Shown: one piece after another, positions 29,995 through 40,632 of the stretch
How positions within the stretch are numbered: position 1 is the stretch's first letter
How the letters are laid out: each line of letters begins with the position of its first letter
Sequence record: NZ_CP069608.1
Direction: 5' to 3' (one strand)
From: a plasmid
Length of the DNA: 64,000 nucleotides
The notes under the pieces: generated by a model
Told to the model about the DNA's origin: nothing
The model's database searches: none
The model's input: the letters and a program-made list of their open reading frames with translations, nothing else
Program-made: the position numbers and the translations under genes

Positions 29995-30423
29995 TTAAGC
30001 TTCTGGAAATAGACGTTGAAGTGAAGCTTTCATTTCTGGTTTTACGTTAATTTTAGCACGAGCTGCTTTGGCTTTCTCTTCTGCCTCTGCAATTGTATCT
30101 ACTTCGCCTAGTGCTAGTAGTGTTCCAATTGCAACCGTACCTGTACGATTACTTCCTCCTGCACAATGGAAGTAAATCTTTTTTCCCTCTTCATACGATT
30201 TTACGACTTCATTAATTGCATTTTGAATAGACTCATCTTGGTTTTCTGCATCATCCACAATTGGTGTATGAACGCGTACTTCTGGAGCATCGTGTTCTAA
30301 TGCTTCTGCACGTAAGTCATAAATGACATCTGCTTTATCATTTTCCATCATTTCTTTTACATCGGATGCTCCACCGATGAAAATACGATCGTCAATTAAT
30401 GCTTGATAATTCTTGTTGCTCAT
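29995..30423 (-). CDS. Cys-based protein phosphatase (dual-specificity/PTP-like, HCxxGxxRT loop)
   Basis: 142 aa; HCAGGSNRTG signature. Confidence 0.6.
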   Translation of the reverse strand: MSNKNYQALIDDRIFIGGASDVKEMMENDKADVIYDLRAEALEHDAPEVRVHTPIVDDAENQDESIQNAINEVVKSYEEGKKIYFHCAGGSNRTGTVAIGTLLALGEVDTIAEAEEKAKAARAKINVKPEMKASLQRLFPEA

Positions 30424-30487
30424 TTTTTACACCTCTATAATTTATAATGTTTAGATTATCATTGAAACGTACTATCTTCTATGTTTA

Positions 30488-32263
30488 CTATTGTTGACTA
30501 TATTCTTTTACCTTCTCATAACCAATTTTCTCTTCTGGTTGCCATGGAATAATCGCACAATTAGAAGTTAGTTCTTCACTTACTTTTTTAATCCATGCTG
30601 CTTCAGCTTGAGCTCTTCCTTTTAAGACAGGATCTACTGTGTCAGTCGCATATAAACTCTGATTAACCACCCACCATTTCGGGGTAATTTCAGCTCTTTT
30701 CAAGTCTACTTGAAGACGACTTGCTTCTAATACAGGTGTAGCCTCAGCAAGTGTAACAATAACCACACTGGTTTCTTTTGGGTTACGTAAGCGTGGTAAT
30801 AGTTTTTTGACGCTTTCAGGAACTTCACCGGTTGAACGTTCTAATTCCTTATGATAAGACTGTGTAGCATCAAGTAAGAGCAACGTATGACCTGTTGGTG
30901 CTGTATCAATGACCACAATTTCATCATCTGATTTAGCTACAACATCGGCAAATGCACGAAATACAGCAATTTCTTCCGTACATGGAGAATTCAAATCTTC
31001 TTGAATGTACGCAATTCCATCTTCATCAAGTTCCTCACTTGCCTTTGACAATACTTCGTTTTTATAAGCTTCTACTTCAGCCTTAGGATCAATTCGACTA
31101 ATACTCAATAGCTCCTGGGCTTCACTGTTACTAAAGACAAAATCTAAATGTGCCGCAGGATCTGTCGTCGTTAAATGAACACGATGACCTTTTTCAACTA
31201 GTCCTACTGCAATCGCAGATGCTACCGTTGTTTTCCCAACGCCACCTTTACCCATCGTAAAAATGACTTTGGTTCCATTTGAAGAGAAATCTTCTACCAC
31301 ATTTTTAAATACAGAAAGATTTTGTTGAGACAAGTCTACATCTTTTATTTCTGTTGCTGGTAACGTATACGATTTAAATAAATGGCGAAGAGGAGAAATT
31401 CCTGTTAAAGGATAAGATACGTAAGGTACTGAATACATAACCATTTGTTTTAGTTCTTTAGGCATTCTCTTTAAGGCCTCTTGTTGTCGATTATAGAAAG
31501 CCGTTGAAATTTTATCCTCTTTTACATGTTGCTTCATTAAGCCATTTACAAGTAAGTTTTGATTTGAAATACCAATCTCTTTTAATTCCTTTGAAGCTCG
31601 ATTCGCTTCTTCTAGGGAAGAAACATCAGGACGTGCTACTAACATTAGAGTTGTTTGCTCTGGGTTTGATAAAGCCTCTACCGTTTTAGCGTACAAACCT
31701 TTCTTTTCGTCTAGTCCTGATAAAGGCCCTAAACAAGAAGCTCCGTGTGTGCTTTCCTCCAAAAAACCTGTCCAGGCAGTTGGCAACTGTAATAAACGTA
31801 GGGTATGCCCTGTTGGGGCTGTATCAAACAGAATGTAATCAAATTGATTAACCATCTCTTCATTTGCTAATAAGTTCGTGAATTCATCAAATGCAGCAAT
31901 CTCTACTGTACAAGCTCCAGACAATTGTTCCTCCATAGTAGAAACAACAGAATCAGGAAGCTTTCCACGATAAGGTCCTACTACTTTGTCACGGTATGTT
32001 TTTGCTGCTTCTTCAGGATCTAAGTTACAAGCGTATAGATTCCTTACATTTGGTATTTCAATTGGTTCGTTTGTCAGTTCCACTTCGAATACGTCTTGTA
32101 AATTTGAAGCAGGATCTGTACTGACAATAAGTACTTTGTTGCCTTTATCTGCTAGTGATACAGCTACTGCACATGCTGTCGATGTTTTTCCAACACCACC
32201 TTTACCTGTGAAGAATAAGAAAGGTGTCTGAACAATTTTTTCGGGTTGAAAAGGTTGAAACAT
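30488..32263 (-). CDS. arsA: Arsenite-stimulated ATPase ArsA (duplicated halves)
   Basis: 591 aa; two GKGGVGKT P-loops (residues ~20 and ~340). Confidence 0.95.
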   Translation of the reverse strand: MFQPFQPEKIVQTPFLFFTGKGGVGKTSTACAVAVSLADKGNKVLIVSTDPASNLQDVFEVELTNEPIEIPNVRNLYACNLDPEEAAKTYRDKVVGPYRGKLPDSVVSTMEEQLSGACTVEIAAFDEFTNLLANEEMVNQFDYILFDTAPTGHTLRLLQLPTAWTGFLEESTHGASCLGPLSGLDEKKGLYAKTVEALSNPEQTTLMLVARPDVSSLEEANRASKELKEIGISNQNLLVNGLMKQHVKEDKISTAFYNRQQEALKRMPKELKQMVMYSVPYVSYPLTGISPLRHLFKSYTLPATEIKDVDLSQQNLSVFKNVVEDFSSNGTKVIFTMGKGGVGKTTVASAIAVGLVEKGHRVHLTTTDPAAHLDFVFSNSEAQELLSISRIDPKAEVEAYKNEVLSKASEELDEDGIAYIQEDLNSPCTEEIAVFRAFADVVAKSDDEIVVIDTAPTGHTLLLLDATQSYHKELERSTGEVPESVKKLLPRLRNPKETSVVIVTLAEATPVLEASRLQVDLKRAEITPKWWVVNQSLYATDTVDPVLKGRAQAEAAWIKKVSEELTSNCAIIPWQPEEKIGYEKVKEYSQQ

Positions 32264-32276
32264 CTCTTTTGCCTCC

Positions 32277-32645
32277 CTATTTCAGATTGTTTATATTTAA
32301 TTTAATTGGCGTGCGTGGCTTTTCGCCAATTAACTCCTCTGCTTTAACATCGAACCATTTAGCCAACTCTTCATTAGTAGGATAGCTCCCTACTTTTTCA
32401 ACTACTCCATTCACTAGTACCACTGGTAATGCATCAGGGCCTTTGCTCATAAGAATTTTGTTTACTTCTGCTTGATCAACAAACTTATCCGGCTCGCTGG
32501 TTAAGTTATAACGTGTAATATCAAAGCCTTTCTTTTTCAAAGCAAATACAGCAGAAGCTACTCTCGTTAGCTCTGGATCTACACTTGGACCACAAACACC
32601 TGTTGAACAACACATAGCAGGATCAAAAATCTCTACTTTCTTCAT
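32277..32645 (-). CDS. arsD: Arsenical metallochaperone / trans-acting repressor ArsD
   Basis: MKKVEIFDPAMCCSTGVCGP N-terminus (Cys12-Cys13-Cys18). Confidence 0.85.
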   Translation of the reverse strand: MKKVEIFDPAMCCSTGVCGPSVDPELTRVASAVFALKKKGFDITRYNLTSEPDKFVDQAEVNKILMSKGPDALPVVLVNGVVEKVGSYPTNEELAKWFDVKAEELIGEKPRTPIKLNINNLK

Positions 32646-32762
32646 ATTGTCATCCCCTTTTAGTAAAATACAATACCTTAACAACAACTTATAATAATAT
32701 ACTTATATAAAGGGTAAAGAGTAAGCCGAGAGTTATTTTCCCGGCTTATTTGATTTTTATTA

Positions 32763-33185
32763 TTACTTACCTGTTTCAGCGAAACGGTTAATGCGCTCAC
32801 CGATTTCATCACGTACACGTTGGAAGAATGCCCACTTTTCTTCATCTGTTCCTTCTGCTTTTGCTGGGTCATCAAAGCCCCAGTGTTCACGTTTCACATG
32901 AGGTGGTGTCATTGGACATTTATCAGCTGCATCTCCACATAATGTAACAACTAAATCTGCATTATTTAAGATTTCAGGATCGATAATATCTGATGTTTGA
33001 TTCGAAATATCAATACCAGCTTCTTTCATTGCTTTTACAGCATTCGGGTTTAAACCATGTGCTTCAATCCCTGCACTATATACATTCCACTCATCACTAT
33101 TTAAATGTTTTTTTGCCCAACCTTCTGCCATTTGACTACGGCAAGAGTTACCTGTACATAAGAAATAAAGTGTTTTTTTAGACAT
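32763..33185 (-). CDS. arsC: Arsenate reductase, LMW-PTPase family (thioredoxin-coupled ArsC)
   Basis: 140 aa; CTGNSCRS P-loop. Confidence 0.9.
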   Translation of the reverse strand: MSKKTLYFLCTGNSCRSQMAEGWAKKHLNSDEWNVYSAGIEAHGLNPNAVKAMKEAGIDISNQTSDIIDPEILNNADLVVTLCGDAADKCPMTPPHVKREHWGFDDPAKAEGTDEEKWAFFQRVRDEIGERINRFAETGK

Positions 33186-33209
33186 GTGTAAAATCTCCTT
33201 TATGATGTG

Positions 33210-34508
33210 TTATGAAATAATTAGTAACCAAATATATAAACCAACAAGCGTAATAAACAATGTTGGGATGGTTAAGATAATACCTGTTTTAAAGTACGTT
33301 CCCCATGAAATTTTCACACCTTTGGTTGACAGAACATGAAGCCATAAAAGCGTCGCAAGAGAACCGATTGGTGTAATCTTTGGACCTAAATCTGATCCAA
33401 TAACATTTGCGTAAATAAGTGCTTCTTTAATCGTTCCTGTTGCATGTGTCGCATCAATCGCAAGGGCATCAATCATAACAGTTGGCATATTATTCATAAT
33501 TGATGAAAGAATAGCTGCGATGAATCCCATACCGATAGTGGCTGCAAATAATCCATGATCGGCTGTTGCTCGAATAACATCGGCTAGTACTTCTGTTAGA
33601 CCAACATTACGTAGGCCATAAACGACTACATACATACCAATAGAGAAGAAAACGATAGCCCAAGGCGCGCCTTTTAATACTGTTTTCGTTTCCACTGCTG
33701 GACTTTGTCTTGCTAATCCTAAGAAGAAAATAGCAATAATTCCTGCAATAATGGAAACTGGAATATCAAAGAATTCACCTACAAAATAGCCAAGGACTAA
33801 AACAATTAGTACAATTCCTGACAACTTGAACATTTTTTCATCTTTAATTGCCTCAACTGGTTTTGGTAGATCAGCTACATTGTACTTTTTTGGAATACTT
33901 TTTCGGAAATATAGATACAAGACGACTATACTTGCGAAAAGTGCGAATAAATCTGGAACAATCATGCGTGAAGCAAATTCAGAAAATCGAATACCAAAGA
34001 AGTCAGCTGATACGATATTTACTAAGTTACTTACCACAAGTGGTAACGACGTTGTATCCGCAATAAATCCACTTGCAATAATAAATGGAAAGACCATTTT
34101 ATCTTCAAATTTTAACGCTCGTACCATTGCAAGTACGATAGGTGTTAAAATTAAGGCTGCCCCATCATTGGCAAATAAGGCTGCCACAACGGCTCCAAGT
34201 AGCGAAACATATACAAACATACGAACACCATTGCCACCTGCAGCTCTTGCCATATGCAACGCTGCCCATTCAAAGAAACCAATTTCGTCTAAAATTAAGG
34301 AAATAATAATAACTGCGATAAATGTGAGGGTCGCATTCCATACAATGCCTGTTACATCCAGAACATCGTGGAAATCAACGACTCCTGCTAATAAAGCAAG
34401 AACTGCTCCTCCACAGGCTGACCAACCGATAGATAAGTTTTTCGGCTGCCAAATAACAAAAACTAATGTCACTAAAAAGATCAGTGATGCTAGGACAACT
34501 GATGTCAA
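33210..34508 (-). CDS. arsB: Arsenite/antimonite efflux permease, ArsB family
   Basis: 432 aa, ~12 TM; ArsB-type N-terminus. Confidence 0.85.
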   Translation of the reverse strand: MTSVVLASLIFLVTLVFVIWQPKNLSIGWSACGGAVLALLAGVVDFHDVLDVTGIVWNATLTFIAVIIISLILDEIGFFEWAALHMARAAGGNGVRMFVYVSLLGAVVAALFANDGAALILTPIVLAMVRALKFEDKMVFPFIIASGFIADTTSLPLVVSNLVNIVSADFFGIRFSEFASRMIVPDLFALFASIVVLYLYFRKSIPKKYNVADLPKPVEAIKDEKMFKLSGIVLIVLVLGYFVGEFFDIPVSIIAGIIAIFFLGLARQSPAVETKTVLKGAPWAIVFFSIGMYVVVYGLRNVGLTEVLADVIRATADHGLFAATIGMGFIAAILSSIMNNMPTVMIDALAIDATHATGTIKEALIYANVIGSDLGPKITPIGSLATLLWLHVLSTKGVKISWGTYFKTGIILTIPTLFITLVGLYIWLLIIS

Positions 34509-34523
34509 TTTTTAAACCTCCAA

Positions 34524-34874
34524 TTACTCACAACAACTAATACGTAGTCCTTGTTTTTCTAACTCTTTTAAGCGTTCATCTTGACTTGGTACTGATTCAA
34601 GTATGCTAAGAACAAACTCATAATACTTACTTTCTTTGTTAAGGGAATAAAAGATCCATTGTCCTTTTCGTCTTTCCTTAACTAGTTCCACATCTTTTAA
34701 TTTTCTTAAATGCTGACTAATTGCCGGCTGGCTAGCTTGATAAATGTCAACAAACTCACAGACACAACATTCATTGTTCTCAATTAACTTCATCATAGAA
34801 AGCCTAGTCTTATCGCCTAGTAGCTTTAAAATCTGAGCTGCTTTTTCAACTTCAACTATAGTTTTTACACTCAT
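34524..34874 (-). CDS. arsR: ArsR family arsenite-responsive repressor
   Basis: 116 aa; ECCVCEF As(III) site in the HTH. Confidence 0.9.
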   Translation of the reverse strand: MSVKTIVEVEKAAQILKLLGDKTRLSMMKLIENNECCVCEFVDIYQASQPAISQHLRKLKDVELVKERRKGQWIFYSLNKESKYYEFVLSILESVPSQDERLKELEKQGLRISCCE

Positions 34875-35135
34875 TCATCGACACCTCCTGATACGTTAAA
34901 TACATATATAATAATTTGCTTATGTGTTTATGTTATTAATATAATCGTTTTCTTATATATTTTCAACCGTTTTGTTTAAATAAATTTGAAAAAACAAATC
35001 TATTTTATAACTACATCATAAGATGCCTATATTTTGTTTTTATTATGTAAGTAGCACCTTATAAAAAAGCCTGGATATATGAATGTATAAAAAACAGGAA
35101 TCGGAAAGAATCCCTCCGATTCCTTTATTTATTAT

Positions 35136-36248
35136 CTATCTTTCTTGAGGTTGAAAATATCTCTTTTTTAACCAAAACGCTGCATTTACAAGGGCAATGA
35201 GTGCCGGAACTTCTACAAGAGGTCCAATTACAGCTGCAAATGCGGCTCCTGAATTAATCCCAAATACCCCAACTGCTACAGCAATGGCCAACTCAAAGTT
35301 ATTGCCTGACGCAGTAAACGAAAGAGAAGTTGTAACAGAATAACTTGCTCCTGCCCTTTTTCCTAAATAAAAAGAAACAAAAAACATCAAGACAAAGTAA
35401 ATCAAAAGTGGAATAGCAATACGTACAACATCAAGAGGTAATTGAATAATCATATCTCCTTTTAACGAAAACATAACAATAATCGTAAATAGGAGTGCAA
35501 TAAGAGTCAAAGGACTAATTTTAGGTACGAGTACACGTTCATACCATTCTTTCCCTTTGATGCCGATAAAGATAAATCGAGTCAATATACCAGCTAAAAA
35601 AGGGATTCCCAAGTAAATGAGAACACTCTTTGCAATCTCACCCATCGTAATATCAATCACAAAGCTTTCAAGTCCCAACCATTTTGGAATAAGCGTAACG
35701 AACAAATACGCATAAACAGAGTAGAAAAAGACTTGAAAAATGGAATTAAGAGCGACTAAACCAGCAGCATATTCGCGATCCCCTTTCGCAAGGTCATTCC
35801 ATACAATAACCATGGCGATACAACGTGCTAGTCCAATTAAAATCAAACCAATCATGTACTCTGGTACATCTCTAAGAAAGACAATCGCAAGTAGAAACAT
35901 GAGAATAGGGCCAATAATCCAGTTTTGCAAAAGTGAAATTCCTAATACTTTTTTGTCTTTAAACACATGTCCCATATTTTCGTATCGTACTTTTGCTAAT
36001 GGTGGGTACATCATCAAAATTAATCCGATTGCTAAAGGAATGGATGTTGTACCTACCTGAAAGTGATTCAGTCCATCTACGAAGCTGGGAAAAACATAAC
36101 CTAAACCAATTCCTATAAACATAGCTACAAAAATCCATACAGTTAAATACCGATCTAAAAATGACAGTTGTTTACTCAATTGTTGATTCATTCCTTGCTC
36201 CAACTCCTTTTCAATTTTAGATCCACAGCCTCTACAACCTCCTTTCAT
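35136..36248 (-). CDS. acr3: ACR3 family arsenite efflux transporter (bile acid:Na+ symporter superfamily)
   Basis: ~350 aa core with 10 TM; true start possibly the internal Met ([15 protein letters not shown]). Confidence 0.8.
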   Translation of the reverse strand: MKGGCRGCGSKIEKELEQGMNQQLSKQLSFLDRYLTVWIFVAMFIGIGLGYVFPSFVDGLNHFQVGTTSIPLAIGLILMMYPPLAKVRYENMGHVFKDKKVLGISLLQNWIIGPILMFLLAIVFLRDVPEYMIGLILIGLARCIAMVIVWNDLAKGDREYAAGLVALNSIFQVFFYSVYAYLFVTLIPKWLGLESFVIDITMGEIAKSVLIYLGIPFLAGILTRFIFIGIKGKEWYERVLVPKISPLTLIALLFTIIVMFSLKGDMIIQLPLDVVRIAIPLLIYFVLMFFVSFYLGKRAGASYSVTTSLSFTASGNNFELAIAVAVGVFGINSGAAFAAVIGPLVEVPALIALVNAAFWLKKRYFQPQER

Positions 36249-36442
36249 TGTTGTACAATCATATAGTTATTCACTTATATATTGAGAAATGTATCTATTT
36301 ATGAATTTTTAAAAATAAACTATACAATTAGATAGCTGCTATATGATCCTTACTAAAAAATCCAACGTGAAAAAGCCACTTCCTTTCTGTAAAGAAGTAG
36401 CTTTCATTCGTTATATAAATAAGACTTTTTTGGACTTTACAC

Positions 36443-37684
36443 TCACATGGATCTGCTGAAAATTTGTTTTTTTTCTAGGTGAATCTTTGTCCATCCAATA
36501 GCTAATACACCAAAAATGACTGATCCTCCCCAATATAGATAAGCGAAGCCATTCTGAATTTCAATCAGCATGTAACTAATAAAGGGACCGAGTGCGGCTC
36601 CTATATCTTGAGCGATAGAATAGACCGTAAGAAAGGATATAATATTCGATGTTTTTGCTATATCAGATGCTAAAGCATCCGTAAGAGTTGTAATAGATGT
36701 AGCTCCTATCATGACGATCAGCATAATAACAACCCAAATGATTAGTGGTATATCACTAGCAATCATCCCAAACGCGAAACTACTAACAATAAGCGAAAGG
36801 ATATAAAGAGGAATTCTTCCAGATGGTCCATCTGACCAATGTCCAAAGAGACTACCGAAGAAGGGTTCCCAGGCCCAACGAACAGCCTGTAATAGCCCTG
36901 AAAAGAACGTAACACTAATAATCAATCCGAATAATGTGATTTTCTCCCCATATGAATGCTCAAGAATAGCACTAACAGTCGATGTTAAAACCCCTTGAAT
37001 TAACATCGTAATCAGAAATCCACTAATAATAATAATGATTTTATGTTTTAAGATCTTATGTATGGAAACATTGGTATTAGCTCTTTGAACAGCCTCAGTC
37101 TGTTGATTAGATTTAACTCGAAGAGAATAAAAAACTAAAGGTAGCCCTATAAAAGATAGACACCCAAAAAGGATAGAAACAAATTGCAATCCTACTATAG
37201 GTACTAGAATTCCCCCAAGTAACATACCAAATAGGCTTCCTGTGCGATATAGACCGTTATATAGCCCCATTGCTTTTCCACGAGTGGAGTCATTTGAATA
37301 ATAGACAACTGTCGATAATCCTCCGATTCGAAAGAAAGACCAAGCAATTCCCCATAGCCCTCGTAGAATAATCCAAGCAATAAACCCTTTAGCCATCCCA
37401 TATCCTAACGTTGTCACGCTTCCAAGTACAACTGCAATAATAAGGCCTGTCCGTAAAGATATTTTCTGGTATAACCATCCTATGAAAGGATTGAAAGGCA
37501 AACGAATAAATCGATTAACGGATAAAAGGATACCAACCTGCCAAAGGGAGTCAAGCCCTGCCACTTTCCAATAAACAGGTAATACAATATAGAGCATGGA
37601 GTCACCTAGAAGACTAAGTGCCGTTATAATAGCAACAAGAACAATCACGTTTGACGAAGAAGATTTAGATCTTGCAGTAAACAT
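36443..37684 (-). CDS. MFS transporter (12 TM)
   Basis: 413 aa polytopic. Confidence 0.75.
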   Translation of the reverse strand: MFTARSKSSSSNVIVLVAIITALSLLGDSMLYIVLPVYWKVAGLDSLWQVGILLSVNRFIRLPFNPFIGWLYQKISLRTGLIIAVVLGSVTTLGYGMAKGFIAWIILRGLWGIAWSFFRIGGLSTVVYYSNDSTRGKAMGLYNGLYRTGSLFGMLLGGILVPIVGLQFVSILFGCLSFIGLPLVFYSLRVKSNQQTEAVQRANTNVSIHKILKHKIIIIISGFLITMLIQGVLTSTVSAILEHSYGEKITLFGLIISVTFFSGLLQAVRWAWEPFFGSLFGHWSDGPSGRIPLYILSLIVSSFAFGMIASDIPLIIWVVIMLIVMIGATSITTLTDALASDIAKTSNIISFLTVYSIAQDIGAALGPFISYMLIEIQNGFAYLYWGGSVIFGVLAIGWTKIHLEKKQIFSRSM

Positions 37685-37712
37685 ACAATTACCACCTTCT
37701 TTAAGAAAAAGC

Positions 37713-37919
37713 TTATTTTTTTTGATGTTTTAGTTCATCGTAAGCTAGAAGAAAATTTTGATATGTTATATGTCCCATGCTATCACATTGTGATCCAAAT
37801 AATCGCTGAAAAGTTAGTTCCCTTGCCTGTTCAGCTGTATATTCATATGCGTTCATAAACAGTTTCATGTAGGATACAAAATACTCCTTACTCAACCTTC
37901 CTGAATGATTAATTGTCAT
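37713..37919 (-). CDS. Small hypothetical protein
   Basis: 68 aa ORF between the oxidoreductase and MFS genes. Confidence 0.3.
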   Translation of the reverse strand: MTINHSGRLSKEYFVSYMKLFMNAYEYTAEQARELTFQRLFGSQCDSMGHITYQNFLLAYDELKHQKK

Positions 37920-37984
37920 TCTTATGTCCTCCTTTATATAAAAAGGGAGTAAGCAAAATGATTACTCCCTTTCTAAAACACTAT

Positions 37985-39394
37985 TTAACAACCACAGTTC
38001 GAACTGTTACTATCCGTACTGCATGAGCTTTCTTGCTGTAAATTCACGCTACAAACCCCAGTCTCGGGTAGATCTAGCTCTACTCTCTTAGCTGCTTCGT
38101 AATCCCCAGCAAGATGAGCAGCAATTGATCGCACTTGTTCATAGCCAGTTGCCATTAAAAATGTTGGTGCACGCCCATAACTTTTAGCTCCTACAATATA
38201 AAAATCCTTTTCAGGTTGTCGAAGTTCTTCTTCTCCATGTGCGCGAACAGTACCACAACTATGCAGATTTGGATCAATTAGAGGAGATAATTTTTCTACA
38301 CTCTCTGTAATCGAATCAATGGCTGTACGTAATTCACTGATAATCGTAAAGTCTGGGCGATTGCCGGCATTTACAATCATTTCATCAATACCTGTCAGAA
38401 GTTCTTCTTCTCCTTTATGCTTTCCTATAATATCTATATGGTTATTGAATTCCTTCACATATTGAATCTTATAAGGTGTTACTACCTTTACTTTTCCTGT
38501 ATCTACAAGGTCGTGAATCCGACTTCCAAGAGCTCCCCTTTCTGCAAGAGCATCTTTTTCTTCCCCACCATATGCTTCTTCTACTTTTTGTTTTCTCATA
38601 ATCCAAATGATATCTGTTTGTGGATGAGTTTCCTGCAATTGAGCTAATTCTAATAAAGTATTAATAGCTGAATGACCACTTCCTACAACTGCTACACGTT
38701 TATCTGCATATCGAGATCTATCCGTTTCTAACACATTTGGAATGCCGTAAAAGATGTGGTCTTGAAGGGACCGTTCTCCTTTTAGCCAGACACCACCTGA
38801 ATTAGCAGGATTCGGGTTACCCCAGGTACCAGAAGCATCTAAGATCGCTCTAGCTTCGTATGTTTGAAGTTCACCATCTTTTACTGCATAAATTAAGAAA
38901 GGTTTATTTTCACGACCAGCCGTTTTCATCTTATCTGTTTCTTCTCGCGTAATGGAAAGAACCTTCGTGTTAACATGCACGTGTGGCTTTATTTCTGGAA
39001 TGTTTGCTAATGGCTCTAAATAGCCTTCTACAAGCTCTTTTCCTGTAGGTAATGTTTCTAATTCAGGAGATCTCCAGCCATTTTGTTCTAAAAGAGCGTG
39101 TGCTGCTTTATCAATGTTGTAACGCCAAGATGAGAATAAGCGAACATGCTCCCATGTTAAAATATTGGCCCCTACCTGTGAACCTGCTTCTAACAAAATG
39201 AATGATTGACCTTGTTTAGTTAGGTGTGCTGCTGCTGCAAGTCCAATCGGTCCTCCCCCAATAATGGCTACAGGTAAATGTTTATGCTTTGTTTCTTCCA
39301 CCTGCGTAGTAATTGGTTCAAATTTAATCTCTGGTGAGCAACAAGATGTTGTATTTAACGGAATTTTAATAGGTTTCATAAGAATTCTCCTCAT
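37985..39394 (-). CDS. FAD/NAD(P)-binding oxidoreductase (flavin monooxygenase-like, CzcO/ArsO-type) with Cys-rich termini
   Basis: 469 aa; two Rossmann GxGxxG sites (VAIIGGGPIGLAAA, VAVVGSGHSA); N-terminal SCC and C-terminal NCGC. Confidence 0.55.
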   Translation of the reverse strand: MRRILMKPIKIPLNTTSCCSPEIKFEPITTQVEETKHKHLPVAIIGGGPIGLAAAAHLTKQGQSFILLEAGSQVGANILTWEHVRLFSSWRYNIDKAAHALLEQNGWRSPELETLPTGKELVEGYLEPLANIPEIKPHVHVNTKVLSITREETDKMKTAGRENKPFLIYAVKDGELQTYEARAILDASGTWGNPNPANSGGVWLKGERSLQDHIFYGIPNVLETDRSRYADKRVAVVGSGHSAINTLLELAQLQETHPQTDIIWIMRKQKVEEAYGGEEKDALAERGALGSRIHDLVDTGKVKVVTPYKIQYVKEFNNHIDIIGKHKGEEELLTGIDEMIVNAGNRPDFTIISELRTAIDSITESVEKLSPLIDPNLHSCGTVRAHGEEELRQPEKDFYIVGAKSYGRAPTFLMATGYEQVRSIAAHLAGDYEAAKRVELDLPETGVCSVNLQQESSCSTDSNSSNCGC

Positions 39395-39427
39395 TTCTAC
39401 ATGATAAATTGTTCTTTCCTTAATCTT

Positions 39428-39447
39428 AAATCAAAAAAAATTGATTT
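39428..39447. promoter_or_regulatory. Operator-like palindrome aaATCAAaaaaaaTTGATtt (copy 1 of 4)
   Basis: Read directly, upstream of the oxidoreductase gene. Confidence 0.45.
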
Positions 39448-39560
39448 ATTAGGTGTGAAAACAGAATTGATTTTCTTTATTTCCTGCCTTGGTTCTTAGC
39501 ATATCAATCCCTTTCCCCTTCGCATTTACATTGCCTCTATTTTAGGAGCTAAAGTCATCG

Positions 39561-39578
39561 CATCAAAAAAAGTTGATG
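39561..39578. promoter_or_regulatory. Operator-like palindrome cATCAAaaaaagTTGATg (copy 2 of 4)
   Basis: Read directly. Confidence 0.45.
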
Positions 39579-39614
39579 TAATGACTAAAAAATTATATGA
39601 GCTTTAAAAGCTCG

Positions 39615-39935
39615 TTATGACATTGGTCGGAAGATGCAGCATAATTGTTCGGATAGCAGTGCATCTACTTCCTCTTTATTAATACTGTAATAATTCCATG
39701 TTCCTTTTTTTGTTTTATTAAGTAAGTTTGCATCTAATAAGATTTTTAGATGGTAAGAAAGTTTAGACTGAGAAAGACTAAAGAAATCCGTCATATCGCA
39801 AACACACATTTCCCCACTTTGGCATAACTCATAGAGAATGTGTAATCTTTTCTCATCTGCTAATGCTTTGAACTTTTTTTCATATATAGAAAATGAATTA
39901 CTCATTACTTCGTTATATAAAGGTAACTGTTTCAT
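39615..39935 (-). CDS. ArsR/SmtB family metalloregulator (CVC site)
   Basis: 106 aa; LHILYELCQSGEMCVCDM HTH with metal site. Confidence 0.85.
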   Translation of the reverse strand: MKQLPLYNEVMSNSFSIYEKKFKALADEKRLHILYELCQSGEMCVCDMTDFFSLSQSKLSYHLKILLDANLLNKTKKGTWNYYSINKEEVDALLSEQLCCIFRPMS

Positions 39936-39937
39936 AA

Positions 39938-39956
39938 AACTCTCCTTACATCAATT
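39938..39956. promoter_or_regulatory. Operator-like palindrome cATCAAttttttttTGATg (copy 3 of 4)
   Basis: Read directly, upstream of the ArsR-family gene. Confidence 0.45.
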
Positions 39957-40006
39957 TTTTTTGATGTTTTCAGTATACCCACATTTTCGTCTTTTTACAA
40001 CTGATA

Positions 40007-40023
40007 AATCAAAAAAAATTGAT
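40007..40023. promoter_or_regulatory. Operator-like palindrome aATCAAaaaaaaTTGATg (copy 4 of 4)
   Basis: Read directly. Confidence 0.45.
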
Positions 40024-40177
40024 GTATTTATTTCCTCTTTAATTTTCTTCAAATTTTGTTAAAGAAAAAGCTCCTAAAAACGTCTTTAAGCTTATTTTAG
40101 TTAATCTTACTACTCTCTAAACATATAATTCCCTATTGGATCATTAAAGATTTTCTAAGCTTTGAGGAGGGATAATT

Positions 40178-40513
40178 GTGAAAACAAGAGGGATTTTAAA
40201 TGCATTAATAGGTGCCTGGTTTATTATCGCACCTTGGGTGATTGACTCTTCAGATCAAGCAGGAGCTTTTTGGTCAAGTATAATTTTTGGAATCATTCAG
40301 CTTATCGCTTCATTGTGGGGATATGACAAACCTGGTTGGAATTCGTGGCTTAACTGGATTTCTGTGATTACCGGTGCCTGGTTTGTAATTTCTCCATTTA
40401 TCTACTCATTAACAAATGAAGAGTTTGGGCCAAGCGTAATTCTTGGTTTAATTACGATTATATTTAGCTTATGGAACTTAGGATCTAATTCAGAATCAAA
40501 ATCTGTAAGTTAA
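40178..40513 (+). CDS. SPW-repeat membrane protein
   Basis: 111 aa; two APW/SPF repeats (IIAPWVI, VISPFIY) in 4 TM. Confidence 0.65.
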   Translation: MKTRGILNALIGAWFIIAPWVIDSSDQAGAFWSSIIFGIIQLIASLWGYDKPGWNSWLNWISVITGAWFVISPFIYSLTNEEFGPSVILGLITIIFSLWNLGSNSESKSVS

Positions 40514-40632
40514 AACTAAAAAAATTACATCAGAACTGTCAAAAGAGATAGCCTATAAGGGAAACTTAATCATGGGAGAACTCTTGGTAAACAAGGGTTC
40601 CCTTTTGTCATATTTCCATAAAGAGGCATTAT

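Noticed and set aside
33826-34515. 229 aa plus-strand ORF antisense to arsB
   Set aside because: Fully embedded antisense in a confidently called transporter gene, with a Ser/Thr/Ala-rich translation typical of the reverse strand of a membrane-protein gene.
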